A stretch of DNA of 63,977 bases, the filler included, from Blastocystis sp. subtype 4 (taxonomy: Eukaryota): the NCBI RefSeq assembly GCF_000743755.1. It is 5 parts of 5 records of this genome, joined end to end, with 100 filler letters (N's around TTAATTAATTAA, not from the genome) between each part and the next. Parts side by side here need not be neighbours in the genome. Positions count along the whole stretch, not along the records: positions 15,798 to 28,809 come from NW_014569258.1; positions 28,910 to 41,768 come from NW_014569257.1; 3 more parts are not named here. One strand, given 5' to 3'. Of this stretch, positions 26,038 through 39,674 are shown piece after piece. The number at the start of each line of letters is the position of its first letter. Within the stretch, counting starts at the first letter, position 1. The position numbers and the translations under genes are program-made. The notes beneath the pieces are model-generated. The model did no database searches and had not been told where the DNA came from. It saw only the letters and a list, made by a program, of their open reading frames with translations.

Positions 26038-27972
26038 TTAATCAGAGCTTGAATCAGAACTCGAATCAGCCTTCTTGCTCTTCTTTCCGCTCTTCTTGGT
26101 AGGTTTCTTTGCAGCCTTCTTACCCTTCTTGGGCTTCTTGTCAGAGTCACTGCTGTCACTCTCCTCCTCAGAACTCTCCTCGCTGCTCTCCTCAGAACTA
26201 TCATCACTCTCACTTTCCTCCTCAGAACTCTCTTCACTGCTCTCCTCCTCACTTTCCTCAGAGCTCTCTTCCTTCTTACTCTTCTTTGCAGCCTTCTTAC
26301 CCTTCTTGGGCTTCTTATCGGAATCACTGCTGTCACTCTCCTCCTCGGAACTATTTTCCTCCTCAGAACTCTCCTCTTCCTCGCTTTCCTCCTCACCTAG
26401 GTCGCGTACACGGTTCTCATCAACACTAGCCAGACCCAACTCTTTGGCAGCCTTCTCAGCCTCTTCCATATTCACCTTCTGCAGCTCAGGCACGTAGTTA
26501 CGCCACACATTGGCCATCTGCTTACTGTACTGCCACTCCACCTGAAGCAGATCCAGAACCATATTACGAATCATACTCATCTTCTGCTTACGGAACTCCT
26601 CCAGCACTTCATTGATCTTCTCAGTGATTGTATTCAGCTTCTTCTTCAGCTTACCAGCTCTCTTTTTGTATTTCTCGATCTCATCCTCAGCAGCCGCTCT
26701 CTTCGCGCTCTTGCCAGGAGTAGCTACAATCTTCTTCAGATTCGCCTTCGCCTTCTTCAGTCCATTGTAAGCATCCTGATAGTTGGACAGAATCAAAGAA
26801 CGACGACCGATGGTTACCTTCACCTCGTTCAGAAGCAGCAACAGACGGCGCATCGGATCCACGAAGGCCTTCTGCTCACGAGAACACTTCTCGCCCCACA
26901 GCTGCGACAGCACTCCGTAGGCATCGTTCATGCTTCGCATGGCATCACCCACAACATCCTGCTGAAGCTGACCCATCAGATTCAGGGCAACACCAGCATC
27001 CAGCAGGTTTGTGCCGTACTCACGCTGCAAATCAATATACTCCTGAGCATGGTTTGCCAATGAATCCACTTGTACAGACAAATCATTCATGTACTCCACA
27101 TAACGAGCCAGCTTCTCATCCTCCTTGCTCAGAGGAGTCTCTCCTCCCATTTGCTTCTCCACAGTCTTCTGCACCTGAGATCCAACACGGCCAATTCCAC
27201 TTCCGACCATCTTCAGCAGCTTCATTCCAGCCTCCATAGGGTTACCCTTCAGCTCCTCACGAAGGGACTGTTTCGTCTCAGCCTTCTCCTCGTTAAACTT
27301 CTCATCATCAGCAGTCAAGAAAGAGCGCAGACGCTTACTCTCCTTCAACAGAGGATGTGTGCACACCTCACGAACAAACGACTGGAGAGAAGAACGACGA
27401 CTCTCCACGAAATCGATTTCAAAACGGTTCATCGTGTTCTTCTCAGGCATGGGAGGAATAATAGCATAAGGATAATCCGTGGCAAGAATGTCATGAAGCC
27501 ACAGGAAGTCACTGTAACGACGAATTACAGTGCACTGACTATAGCTGTACTTGGGATTCGTTGTGGTTGTGTTCACCGTGTACACAACATACGAAGACAT
27601 ACCATCAGCAATACGAGTAGGGTTCGTCACACTGATCTCAAACTCAGGCTAACAAATTATCCAATCAACCATCAATCACCTTTGTCTCGGGCATAGGGGC
27701 AGCAGCAGGGATAGAAACCACATCACGAGATGGGATTGTAACAATGGGCTCAGCAGGAGTAGCAGCAGGAGCAACAGCAGGAGCTTCTTCCACCACAGGA
27801 GCAGCCGGAGCTTCCGTAGCTGGCGCAGCAGCTTCAGCTGCAGCAGGAGCATCTACAACTTCCACAGGAGCATCAACCTTATCTACAGCAAAGTAAGAAC
27901 AAGAACCTCAATACACCTAACGAATCATACAAACACATATTAGAGTTCAAACTACATACCGTTTTCAGACAT
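26038..27972 (-). CDS. PX-BAR sorting nexin (SNX1/2/Vps5-like) with acidic/Lys low-complexity tail
   Basis: PX motifs RRYSDFLWL, IIPPMPEK, FVESRR; long helical BAR region; tail with SSEEESDSSDSDKKPKKGKKAAKK twice. Confidence 0.92.
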
Positions 27973-28422
27973 TTGTTATAAGAGAGGGAAGATTTCTGTT
28001 GTGAAGAGAGATCATCTAAGGCTCATGAGAGGGAATCACATTATGATAAAGAGAGTATGAATAGAAGCTCAATAGAGGGTTGCAAAATGGATTCACAGTG
28101 TTTATTCGTTGGTATTCTGCTTATTAAGTTACTTCTCGTGAGGAACCATATACTGAATAGCAGGTACTCTAAAAGACACAAGGTTCGCCACTTTTTGAGA
28201 TGTCTAAACACTATTAAGTTTTGAAGCAGTTATCTATTTTGCACGACTTTAATATCATTTCTATCAATATAGAGCAAAGTACATAGAATAATGGTGAAAA
28301 TTATACAAGCTTGGAGTAATACATTAACCGCTCTCTGAATTCGTTCAACCAATCATCAGAAGGATCTAATTCTTCAAGCCCTTTCGTATTTGTGGAAGGA
28401 AGACTCAGAGATTGTTTTAAAA

Positions 28423-28809
28423 ATGAGGTAAGTTGTTTGATTCTTCATTGGAATGTCTTTTTCTCACATTTTGTAGTAAGGTTAACAGCGAAATTCTGAG
28501 CAAGGCTTTGGACACTCTTCTTGACTTCTCTGCTGGTAAGGAGGTCGAGGTTGATGGAGAGAAGCTTCAGTTCAGGTCACTCTTAAGCAGATTGATCCTG
28601 CCAAGGATAAGCGTTTCTCTGGTTCTTTCCAGCTTCCTAATCCTACTCGCTCTCACATGGATGTCTGTATCTTTGTGAACGATAAGCATGAGCAGATTTG
28701 CAAGAAGGAAGGAATTCCCTGCATGAACGTTGATGAGATCACCAATCTCAACAAGAACAAGAAGTTGATCCGTAAGCTGGCCAAGAAGTATGATGCTTTC
28801 CTCGCTTCT
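28423..28809 (+). CDS. RPL10A: 60S ribosomal protein uL1 (L10a), partial, with an apparent internal deletion/frameshift
   Basis: QVTLKQIDPAKDKRFSG and LNKNKKLIRKLAKKYDAFLAS; frame change near 28570. Confidence 0.9.
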
Positions 28810-28909
28810 NNNNNNNNNNNNNNNNNNNNNNNNNNNNNNNNNNNNNNNNNNNNTTAATTAATTAANNNNNNNNNNNNNNNNNNNNNNNNNNNNNNNNNNN
28901 NNNNNNNNN
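28810..28909. other. Artificial contig spacer
   Basis: N44-TTAATTAATTAA-N44. Confidence 0.97.
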
Positions 28910-29099
28910 TACCTGGACTTCCTGATTATTCTCCTTATGGTCCTCAGGTTAATTAAAGTGATCCTTTATATCTACGTCACCCCGAATAAGGTGATTCCTA
29001 TATACTGAAGATGTTTGTTATGATACAAGATAATGTAAGAATTAGGGCAATTATTAATAGGGGCCTGCGTTCAGCATATCTACTACTTTTCGCCATAAC

Positions 29100-32000
29100 A
29101 TGGGTATCCCGAAGTTCTTTATGTATTTAAAGACAAGATATCCAGTGGCAGTTGAACTAGTGAATAATCTCTCTTTGATACCGCAATGTGATAATCTGCT
29201 TATTGACACGAATTCATTAATGCATGACATGACCCACTTCAGAGCACCAATGCCTGCAAAATTATCTTATGAGGTACTTGCATCTAGGTTGATGTATGAA
29301 CTGGATAAGATAATTTCGTTTCTGAATCCCCAAAAGCTTGTGTACATTGCAGTAGATGGTACAACGCCACGAGCAAGACTGGGTCCACAGCGGAGCTGTA
29401 CTGTGCCGTGTGAAAAAGAAGACGAATCAGATGAAGAGGATCTTGAACTCCTTGATACGATGAACTTGACTCCAGGAACAGAAGTCATGGAACGCATCAG
29501 CGAGATCCTCCAGTACTACATCGCACTGCGAATGTCTACAGATCCTGCTTGGAAGAAGCTAGTCGTTATTTATTCCTCTCACCGATGTCCAGGAGAAGGG
29601 GAACACAAGATCATAGATTATCTTCGAGAATCGATTGTCAATGGAACTTATGACCGTGAAGATCGGACTTTGTGTTATGGATCAGATGCCGATTTAATAC
29701 TTTTAGCTATGACCTTACATCAAACTAATGTCAGTATTATTCGAAAAGATGATTACTTTGATTCACCATGGGAGCAGAGCCATCTACTCGATGTCATCTC
29801 ATGTGATATCATTAATCAGTAGAACTATTATATCATTGACATACCAGTATTAGTTGAGATTTTGAAATGTGAACTTACTGAAGGCGTCGATTCATGGATT
29901 GATAGCCAGAATACGGATCGTGTCATTGATGACTTTGTATTCTTTATGTCTTTTTGTGGCAATGATTTTCTACATCAGATTCCCTTTTTTAGCATCTCGA
30001 GAAATGCCTTGCGCGTACTGATAGATGCATACATGTAAATGTACTGACCCTATTTTATCTAGTGTTGTATTGAATGAGTCTCATAGTTTTATTGTAACTA
30101 ATATGGTACCAGATATGGAAATGACAAAGCGGATGCTTCAAGTGATGAGCGAAAAGGAAGAGAAGGCGTATCATGCTGACTATCTTGATTATCGTGATTC
30201 TCTAATTATTATTGCTAATGGAAACTGTTGTCTTGCATCAGAAGAGAAGAAAGAACGTGCAAGAGCACTACTTCAAGAAGCATATAATATTGATTCATTA
30301 ACCACTTTTAGACAGTATCGTAACTTATACTATCAAATCCACTTTGGTATTAAACCTACTCAGAAAGCTTTAACTAAAATTACAGGGAGGTACTTTAAGG
30401 GCCTTATTTGGGTAATGAAATACTATTATGGGAATAATGCATCTTGGTCATGGGCTTTTCGTTATCATCGTTCTCCGTTTGCTAGTGATATCGCGAAGTA
30501 TTTAACGTTCGAACTGATACAATGATTAAGATGTAGGAACTATTCTGAGTTTGAAGAAGGAATACGGATTACTCCTTTCCAACAAATGCTGTTTTATGAG
30601 TTATCATCCATATCCATTGTACCATCTTCCTACAGTGCATTAATGACTGATCCTAATTCTCCCTTGGCAAGGTTTTATCCAAAAGAATCTTCTTTTGATT
30701 TGACATGGAGAACAAAAGAGTATGGAGCTATTATCCATTTGCCTGTCATGCGTCAACAAGATGTTATTGATGCTATTGCAGAGTGGCATTGTGATGATTC
30801 CCTCACAGAAGAGGAGAAGAAGCGGAATACTCCTGAACCGGAGTATCTCTTTTTCTATTCGAATACTGTATCCGATTGGCCAACACCTCTGGATCCATCA
30901 TTCTTTCCTACCATTCAATGTTATTGTAAGCGCACAGTTATGAATCCGGTAATGGTGTATAATAAGATATTGATGAATGCACATGCTAAGACTCGTAGTC
31001 CTGTGTTTCCATCATTGTATCCTCAATACAAGAGTATTTCCCATATCAAGAGCCCTTACATCAAACGATCAGATCGAGATCCAACGAAGGTGGAGTATCA
31101 GATGTCCAAACCTGTTAATACGATCATTCAAATCCATTTGAATTATCCACCCTTTTATGATACATATCAATCAATACAACGAATTTGCCATGACTGGTTG
31201 GATAATTATGTCTATTATGATTATCCTCGATACAGAGTTGGTAAAGTAATAGAAGTGTTTTCTTGTGAATATGGTTGTAAGGAAGATGCGATGAACGAAA
31301 TACATATAGACAAATTAAGTGAACAACGACAGGTGTATGTAAAAAAGCTAATGAAGCATGTGAAGAATATGGCTTATTATGGAATAAGAGGGATATTTCA
31401 TGATATTGGCAGTCTTGATATTTCAAACAATACTCTAATGGTACGAATCAGACCGGTTTATCATATTTGTCGGAATCAAGACAATCAAGAACTGTATCCA
31501 TTCTTATCCCACCAACACATCGATTTTCCATTGTGTCTGACTCGTCTTATGCAGTCTCCAAACATTTTGAATTCAACTTGTTCACTCCCTGATTTCTCTC
31601 CTTATACTCTTAAAGCAGGAGATTCTATTGTGTATATTGGAAATGAGGAATCAGATGATATCCAATTACGTGGAAGTGTGGGTAAGGTGACATCTATTAT
31701 AGGTGATTCACTGACTATTGTTGTAACTGGACCACAGAATGGTTCTCTGCAAATATCAGATGAACAGAAATGGTATTCCAGATATGAATTGGAGAAACAA
31801 ATACCTGAACAATACAGACGCCTATTACCTGAATATCTGCAACGATATATTTGTCCCGAAAAGGACCGTAAAGTGGCTATGGGAGTTAAACCATTTCAAG
31901 TCTTGGTACGTGAAGGATTAGTACAAGATGATCCCGATAATATTGAAAAGGACACAAGGAGATTACCTCCATATGTCTATTCGTATTTAGCGTGTAGAGT

Positions 32001-32785
32001 TGAGAAACAGAAATCTGAGATGAGAGTACAATATTCAGATCAAGCAGTGAAACTGGCTCAGCAGTTCTTTCAACAGTTTGGAGATGAATTGTTGCGTTCT
32101 GGATTGCATTTGAAAGAGGAATCGCTCCTAGGGAGTGAAGAAGAGCAAGACGAAGTGATGACTGACAAGGAAGAGAAGAGTGAAGGAGAGGAAGAGAGTA
32201 TGGAAGGAGGAAGGGTGAGTATGGAAGAAGAAGGAGTGACTAACGAAGAAGAAGGAGTGACTAACGAAGAAGAAGAGAGTATGAATGAAACAAAACCTGC
32301 TACTGAATCTTCTCATAAAGAGCTTATTGACCGTATCAACAAATGGATGGAAGAGAATATAGCATGTTACCATTGGGTACCTGCTTATATGATAACGGCT
32401 AGTACAACATACAAAACTAGATTGTTACAACATCAGGTGAAGACTAAAGAGAGATACATAAAGTGTTCGAGAAACGATGTTCTTGTTCATGAGAACCAAT
32501 ATAACATTATATCTGATGTTATCGTACTTCAAAAGTTACCTTCATTGGGACAACGAGTGGTTGTGATACAACATGCTTCCATTCCTTTTGGGTCTCAAGG
32601 GACTGTGGTTGGAGTTAACCCACTCAACTTGTGGCTAGAAGTGATACTGGATAAGCCATCGTACGCAGGTGTAAGTTTTAACTATGATTTGCAAACCGAA
32701 GATTGTATCGGTCGGTGTGTGTAAGTGACTTGAATGTAGATGAATTGTAGAGCGGTTCATAAGAATTGTTGTTATCTTATCGAAT
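29100..32785 (+). CDS. XRN: Divergent XRN1-like 5'-3' exoribonuclease
   Basis: MGIPKFF, AVDG..PRA, TPGT, PGEGEHKI, YGSDADLI, GNDFL, WVMKYYY..NASWSW.F.YH.SP, C-terminal LGQRVV...IPFGSQGTVVG (Xrn1 D3-like). Last intron 32721-32750; the end is the predicted poly(A)-completed T. Confidence 0.88.
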
Positions 32786-32820
32786 GGTTTGTTTGTTGGC
32801 ATCATTCAATTCCTACTAGA

Positions 32821-35800
32821 ATGGATATTTCTCAAAGTTTGGAGTTCCTTAGCTCCAATCACACGTAGATGCATTCATTGGACTGAATCATCGCAACATC
32901 ATTCTTCATCGGGATAGTCGTAGCTTTTGCACTGATCCAAGTTGATATTACACATTTTATATTCCTTTTAGAGACTGAAGAGCTTGGTTATGCCCTTTGG
33001 GATCCGGTGTGTTGTTGTCAGATTTTCCGAGTAGGATTCCGTGTATCTCTGTCAAATTCTCCTCATTTCTTTTTTGGAGTGTCGTTTCGAACTCATGACA
33101 ATACTGTATCCTACTTACTCATTGATATGTAATGTTCGTAATCTCCTCTAATTGTAGAGCGACATCGGATATGTATATCAACGGAATGAAGATGATCGTA
33201 CATCCCTTTTTCCCAGTTCGAGGTACTGACAATGAAGTGATGTTACCTTAGATGGTACTCATGATTGTTATTGTGAAATTCGTGATTCTCAGATTCTTTT
33301 TTCTTTTGATGGTCAAATCGCTGTAACAAGAATGATCACCATTTTCCATAGACATCTGCTGTTGATATTCCAAACAATATCTTCCTGATTCCTACCATTG
33401 GTGGTAATTCGTTTGAATGCATCGATATGCTTTTCTATGAGGTAGATTCAAAAGCTATCATTATTTGTGAAACATCTCCTCGTTCTTTCTTTTACTTTGG
33501 ATAATGTCTAGTATCTTTTCATCCTCTTGCAGATCAAGTATTAAAACCTGGTAACTATAGTATATTTTTATCACTATAAGTTTCTATTCAATGCAGGTCA
33601 CCTAGCCGACATTCTCTTCCGAATCAACTCTATTTCAAGCGTTCTCCTTTTCCTGAATTCATGAAAGTTTCTACTCTTGAATTCATTGATCCTAGATGCC
33701 CCTCTGCGTCTATTCGTATGCATCCTCTCCTTCAGGCTATTCACAATCAACTCATACCAAGGAGGGATTTATTTCTCTGTCGCCTCCAACTTTATCAACA
33801 CGGGGATCTGTCATTATCCAACCAATGGAAAGCGGATATGAAATCTGGGTTTGTGGGATTGGAATTGCTTCTTCTTCTAAACCAGTAATATGTGAGGCAG
33901 AGATTCGTTTGGGGAAAGATTCTGATCCTGTTTCTATTGGATGTGTAATTCCTCGTTCGTGTGATATTATTGATGCCAAGTCTTTGAGGGAAGTGTTTTA
34001 TGGTATTATAGTTCATCCACATGATGGAGTCGAAGTGTCCATTCGATTAGAACTGGTATCAATCTTGGATGTCTCTCGTTGTGGAATTCACATTTTCCAG
34101 AATCATCACGAGATTTTCAGTCAATCGGTACCTGCTCAACATGCCTTTCCAGCCATCATGTATGAATACAAACCGTTTTGTCCATTGAGCGTCTATCTGC
34201 TCTCTGAATCTGTGAATGTGCTCAGTGAGGTTGTTTCCTGGTATTCGCTTTTCCATAATGAAGACTCTCTGTGTTGGCAGACTACATTCATTAACAAGAT
34301 TCAACAGCAGGAGGATTTGTTTTATGCTCAGATCGATGATCGGCTTTTGAGTACATTCAATGGGTATTCTTTTGGTCGCGGGGATATATGGATGTATGTG
34401 GGTGATGAAGGAATTGCGGGAATTGGAGTTTGTTGTCGACCAGGTAGGTGTGGATGAATGGGATCATGTAGTATGTGAGACACATCCTTTGAAGGATTAC
34501 CATGTAAGTTATTATGATTGCATTGAGGGATGTATGAGAGGTGGTGAATGTGTTCGAGGGAGTTTCGATCCTATTCCACCCAGAGCCACAGTTCGAATGA
34601 AGATCTGGTTTAGCATCGGTTATCTTCAGTTCTATGTAAATGAATGTCTCACTGTAAGGTTTACAAAGATGTCTGATTTGTAGGGTGAAGTCTTGTTAGC
34701 AAGAGATCCAGCCAAACGACCTCGTCCTTTGTATCCTTGCATTCTCTTCTCCAAAGCTGGACAGTCTTGTCGTGTGTTATCTGCTACTGTTTGGTTAAAT
34801 TCTCTTCATGATGGATAGGTATCGAGACAATTGTTGGGAGATTTGCTTGGAGGTGATATGGTTCTTCGAAGTTGTCTCAACACTCTCAGTGATCGCTATT
34901 GGAATCATCAGTCCGAGTTCCTTCATCAACTCAATACACTTCGGGAAGAGGTCTCGAAACGAACGATCGATGAATCGGCATCTTTACAACTCCTTGGGAG
35001 TGGTGCTGTGTGTTCTGCTTTCTCTGTTTGGATTATCGTTTGCCTTCATCCGTAGGTCATATGGGCTAACTCTTCATTCGACTGTCCTCTTGTTGTTAAG
35101 CGAATTCACCCCTACTTGCATTCGCACTCGCATAATGAATCATGGGAAGAATTAGCAAAGATGGAATTAACACGGGAAAATGATACTTCCGAATATGTGA
35201 AGTCATTCTTTTTGGATTATTTCATCCCTCACGACTTCCCTCATCGTTCGTTAATCAGAAATTATAATCTTGTTTCCAGTCTACTCCGGTATTCTGCAGA
35301 GGAAGAATTGGAGAATTCTGAAGATGAAACTTACTATATGTTCGTTGAACCTCTCTCCATGTCATTAGATCAGTACATCAACAGTAGAGATCAAGATAAC
35401 GGAATTGGTTACTTTGATTCTCTTTGTGTTTTGCTTCGGTTGGCAATGGTCTTGGTTCATTGTTATCGTTATGGGATTGTTCATAACGATATTAAACCAG
35501 ATAATATCATGATGACATCAGATCTCAGGAATTATGAAGTTCGATTAATTGACTTTGGAGAGAGTTTTGTTGGTTTTGATGTGGATTCCTCCTTTGAGAT
35601 TATCCGCAAAGGAAATGCTCATACCAAGTGCTTGTTATTTTTTCATTTCATTCATAGAGCTCCTGAGTTATATCGAGACTATCATGATACTATGATCATC
35701 GATGCTTCCAAAGCCGATGTGTGGAGTCTTGGAGTTTTAACGTATTCGGTATTGTTCTCCAAAAGAAATCATCGTGTAGATGATCGATGTTCGGTTTGAT

Positions 35801-36130
35801 CCTCATAACCTCAAGAATGAAGGATTCCATTTTGATTCGTTCGTCGATGCTCAATGTGAGTGCAATGTTTTATCATAATGATTAGATGTTGATGGTATTA
35901 AGCGATTTATCAAGAATGTGCTAGTGGAATCTGTTAATGACCGACCTAATGCCATGGAGTGTGTGAGACTATTAATGAATATCTTATACGGAATCTCAGT
36001 AGATGGTTTTGAAAGACAGAACGAGTTGGAGAGGCTGTTACGAGATGAGTGCGCTAATTCCACTGAAGAACGCAGTGATAGTGGTCTGGTGATGGACTGT
36101 TTGTATATGTCGTTAGGCGAATTGTTGTGA
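32821..36130 (+). CDS. Protein kinase with N-terminal SPRY-like beta domains (multi-exon, start uncertain)
   Basis: GSGAV, VVKR, HNDIKPDN, LIDFG, APE, DVWSLG, RPNA; upstream beta-rich segments ending LYPCI; TGA at 36128-36130 followed by GCTT TGTTTGTT. Confidence 0.7.
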
Positions 36131-36257
36131 GCTTTGTTTGTTCCAATTGCTGAGAAATCATTATTAAGAGAAATCCGATAGAAGCGGTTATTAATGAAAA
36201 GTAGCGGAATTGTTGACTTCGATTTCCTTGTGGTCCAAATACTTCTCTTATCCAAAA

Positions 36258-36814
36258 ATGGCTGCTGCTAAGCGTGGTAGAATGTGTAGAATGTGTTTTG
36301 ATGGCGTAGGACGTGGAGGTGCTACTGGAAACAAGTTCAGAATGACTCTTGGTCTTCCCACTGGTGCTGTGATCAACTGTGCTGATAATACTGGTGCCAA
36401 GAACCTGTACGTGATTTCTGTCACTCGTACTGGTGCTCGTCTCAACAGATTGCCTGCCGCTTGTAGGTTTGGATAGAGAAGAGTTATTTATAGCTGCTGG
36501 AGATATGTTCATTGCTTCTGTGAAGAAGGGAAAGCCTGAACTCCGTAAGAAGGGTATTCTGTTAGTTTCGTTATTTGATTATATAGTCATGCCTGCTGTT
36601 GTAGTGAGACAGAGAAAGAGCTGGAGAAGAAAGAATGGAGTCTATCTCTACTTTGAGGGTGGATTGTGATGGAATGGAGTAATGAATAGATAATGCTGGT
36701 GTGATTGTAAACCCCAAGGGTGAGATGAAGGGATCTGGTATTACTGGACCTGTAGCTAAGGAGGCTGCTGATCTTTGGCCTAAGATTGCTTCTTCTGCTA
36801 GCTCTATCTGGTAA
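36258..36814 (+). CDS. RPL23: 60S ribosomal protein uL14 (L23)
   Basis: [55 protein letters not shown]; four short introns. Confidence 0.97.
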
Positions 36815-36847
36815 AGGAGTGAACCATGCTTTGGATGAGATTTGGTG

Positions 36848-36861
36848 TGTTTGTTCAAACA
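36848..36861. terminator. Bidirectional 3'-end element TGTTT-GTTC-AAACA between RPL23 and COG7
   Basis: TGTTTGTT on + overlapping TGTTTGAA on -. Confidence 0.6.
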
Positions 36862-36865
36862 GAGA

Positions 36866-39622
36866 AACAAGCTAACACTCCACGAAGTCTTGCCAATTTC
36901 TGAATGATCAGAGCTTCATCTCCCGCTGTTGCTGATGAATTGCTCAGACGCTGTGATAGATCTGATTCAGAGATATTCAGCAAATCCTTCATTAACCCAA
37001 GAATCGTTGCATTGCCCAAACCAAAGGCAGAAATCACATTGGACAGATACCTATGTAACAATTCTTCTCCTTCACACTACCCAACATCCGTAGACAATTG
37101 TTGAGCTCCACTTGTCTTGATGCGAGGAATCGAACAGAGAGCTTCAATGTAGGAAGACACAACCACTAGACATCACAATCCTCTCATACCCCAACCGCGA
37201 GTTATTAGTATTAGGAACTGTTGGGAGAACGTCGTTTCATCTGACTCGGTAGTTTCAACACTCAATCCATCACACTAGAGATGATCATTTGCATTCTCTC
37301 CTACCACACTTCCCTTTAAGGGCAACTCAGCCTTGTTCATTGCACTGTGCTCCCGCTGTTGGCCATATCGTTCTAATTCGCTACTCAGACTCTTCCACTC
37401 GGCACTGTTTTCAGAGGACTTGGTCGTAATAACCGTACGGAAGGCACTAAGTGTGTCGTTGGTGGCTGATGAGACAATTTCCAACTGCTCAACGATCTTG
37501 AGTAGATGTTCACCCACTGGCATCATGAAACTAAGAATGAGAGAATGAAAGAGATCCTGCTCAGAAGGGAGCGAATGCAATGCATTCAAATCGATGCGTC
37601 CCCAGACAGGTAATGAAACCATCTGTTTAAAGATCTTATCAATTGGGATCAGAGTACTACTAGTGACTTGTCCGATCACACGTGAGAGAAGGGTTACAAG
37701 AGAGGTATAATTACTCTGAAGAGGAGCAACCATCACACCAGAAGGAAGAGTATCCACAGCATTCAATAACTACATATCAATGAACTCTCATTGAATACGC
37801 CAAGCATTGTATTACGCCACTCCGTGTCCTCACAATGCATCTCTAGTAACAATCGATCCATAGCTGAAAGAGGCACATCTGTAGGGACTGAACCTCCTGA
37901 AGCCAGATCAAGGAAGAGAGATCGATGAGATGTAAGGAAACATAATACAGACTCATAGCTATGACGGAGGAGTTGAAGGAAAGTATCGAGATATAGCAAC
38001 AAAGATAACAAGGACTATGAATGAAGAAGAGAAGAAGAATGAACTTGAAATGTGTCCCAATCAAATGATGAGAGTTCTGATTCTAGGAATCAAGAAGAAT
38101 TTAATCATTCACGTTCTGTAAGAACAGTCTGTTGTTTCGTAGACTTCCTCAATGCATTATATCGATCAAGCAATACTTGGATCTTACTACAAACGTTTTC
38201 AATGAGTTTGCTTTCCCAATTATTCATTCCATTATCTCTTACCTCATCCATTGAAGATACTCAGGGAGAATAATTCCACAACCTAACTCTTTGCACTGTT
38301 CTTGATACGATGTACAAGCTAGAAGGAAAGATGACATGATTTCAGTGAGAGATTGATTGAAAGTGACTATCATACTGTCTCTTTCATCCTTTCAATCAAT
38401 CATTCAACTGACTCTTACACTCATTGTTATTTGATTCAAAAGTGCATTCAATGAATCATATCCACTCTCAGCTAGATTCTTCACAATGAATTGTGTCCAT
38501 TCATTCATCAGAATCACGAGACAATTATGCTTTGCTGTTTCGCTTGTAATTCCTGATACAAGAATTTCCATATAACTGAATGCATTTTCCACGGCATGAC
38601 GGAAACTATTAACAGGAATCCTATGTAATACAATCATGAGATCCTTGGAAAGCGCAGCACATCCCTTCTCCAATAGTACTGTCATCACATCTATGTCACA
38701 AATCATTGTCTTGCTTACCATCATCATGATCTCCAAAGAGTGAGAGAATTTCTTCTGATAATGAAATAAGCCAGGTATGAAGAGCACTGTAGAAGTTCTG
38801 AAGACTATCTGTTGGGTTCTCTGCCTGAGCACTCTTCCAAATACTAGAAATGATTGAACACAGCGATATGGACTCAACAAATGTACTGGTGTAGTGACTA
38901 CAGAAGGCATCAATGAAACGGGACTCAATATCCAAATGACAGTAGATCTTATGAAGGAGCAGTTGTTGTGATTCGTTCTTTGTAGACAGAGCAGTCTGTA
39001 ACTTGGGGGATAATTGATCCTCTAGACGTTGTCGGAATGATTGAAGACTCTGAAGACGTTTCTCCTGGCCGGGAAGGTCTGACAGAAGAACTACACTTTT
39101 TGCCATATCTTCGATAAGCGAAGCGGCAATCTGGAATTCAGACAATCCATCCACAAATACTTCTGTATCTTCACTACTCACTGCATCTTCACAAGAAGAG
39201 CAAAGTTGGTCCCATTCCATTAACGTTTCGAGTTGAGTCTGACATGTCTTCATTCTTGTTTGAACACCTTTCAAATTTGATAGTACCTCAGTTTCGGCAT
39301 TCTTTTCCATTGTTCGAGTTGTTGCTGTGATGTCCCGGATGTCAGTTTTCAGTGTTTCTATATTGTCCGTGAGTTCAACTATCTCTTCCACCTATTTCAA
39401 TAAGAATCCGCCCGTTTTCATTACCATTTCAGGAAGTCGGTTAAGAAGTGATTCCATCTGCCCTTCAATATAGTCTCCACAATCCTGAGACAGCACTTGC
39501 ACTTTCATCGATAGTCCAGAGAGGAATGAATCCAAGTCTTCAGAATTACCCATGAGTGTGACAGAAGAGTTGATCCATTCACAAGCATTGAATTCGGGAT
39601 TCGAAAAATCCGAAAAGTTCAT
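36866..39622 (-). CDS. COG7: Conserved oligomeric Golgi complex subunit 7
   Basis: N-terminal FS...F....WIN, L.MKVQ...LP; C-terminal IP.....AQQLSTDV.YLSNVISAFGL. Confidence 0.8.
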
Positions 39623-39674
39623 CAGGAAGAAGTTATCTAACAAACACTGGATCTCACGATGAATGTAACACAAT

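Noticed and set aside
25872..26497. Arg-rich and Ser/Leu-rich ORFs and tandem repeats
   Set aside because: Alternative frames of the sorting nexin low-complexity tail; not a repeat array or CRISPR.
32225..32275. 21-bp tandem duplication
   Set aside because: In-frame GVTNEEE repeat in an acidic loop of XRN; ordinary.
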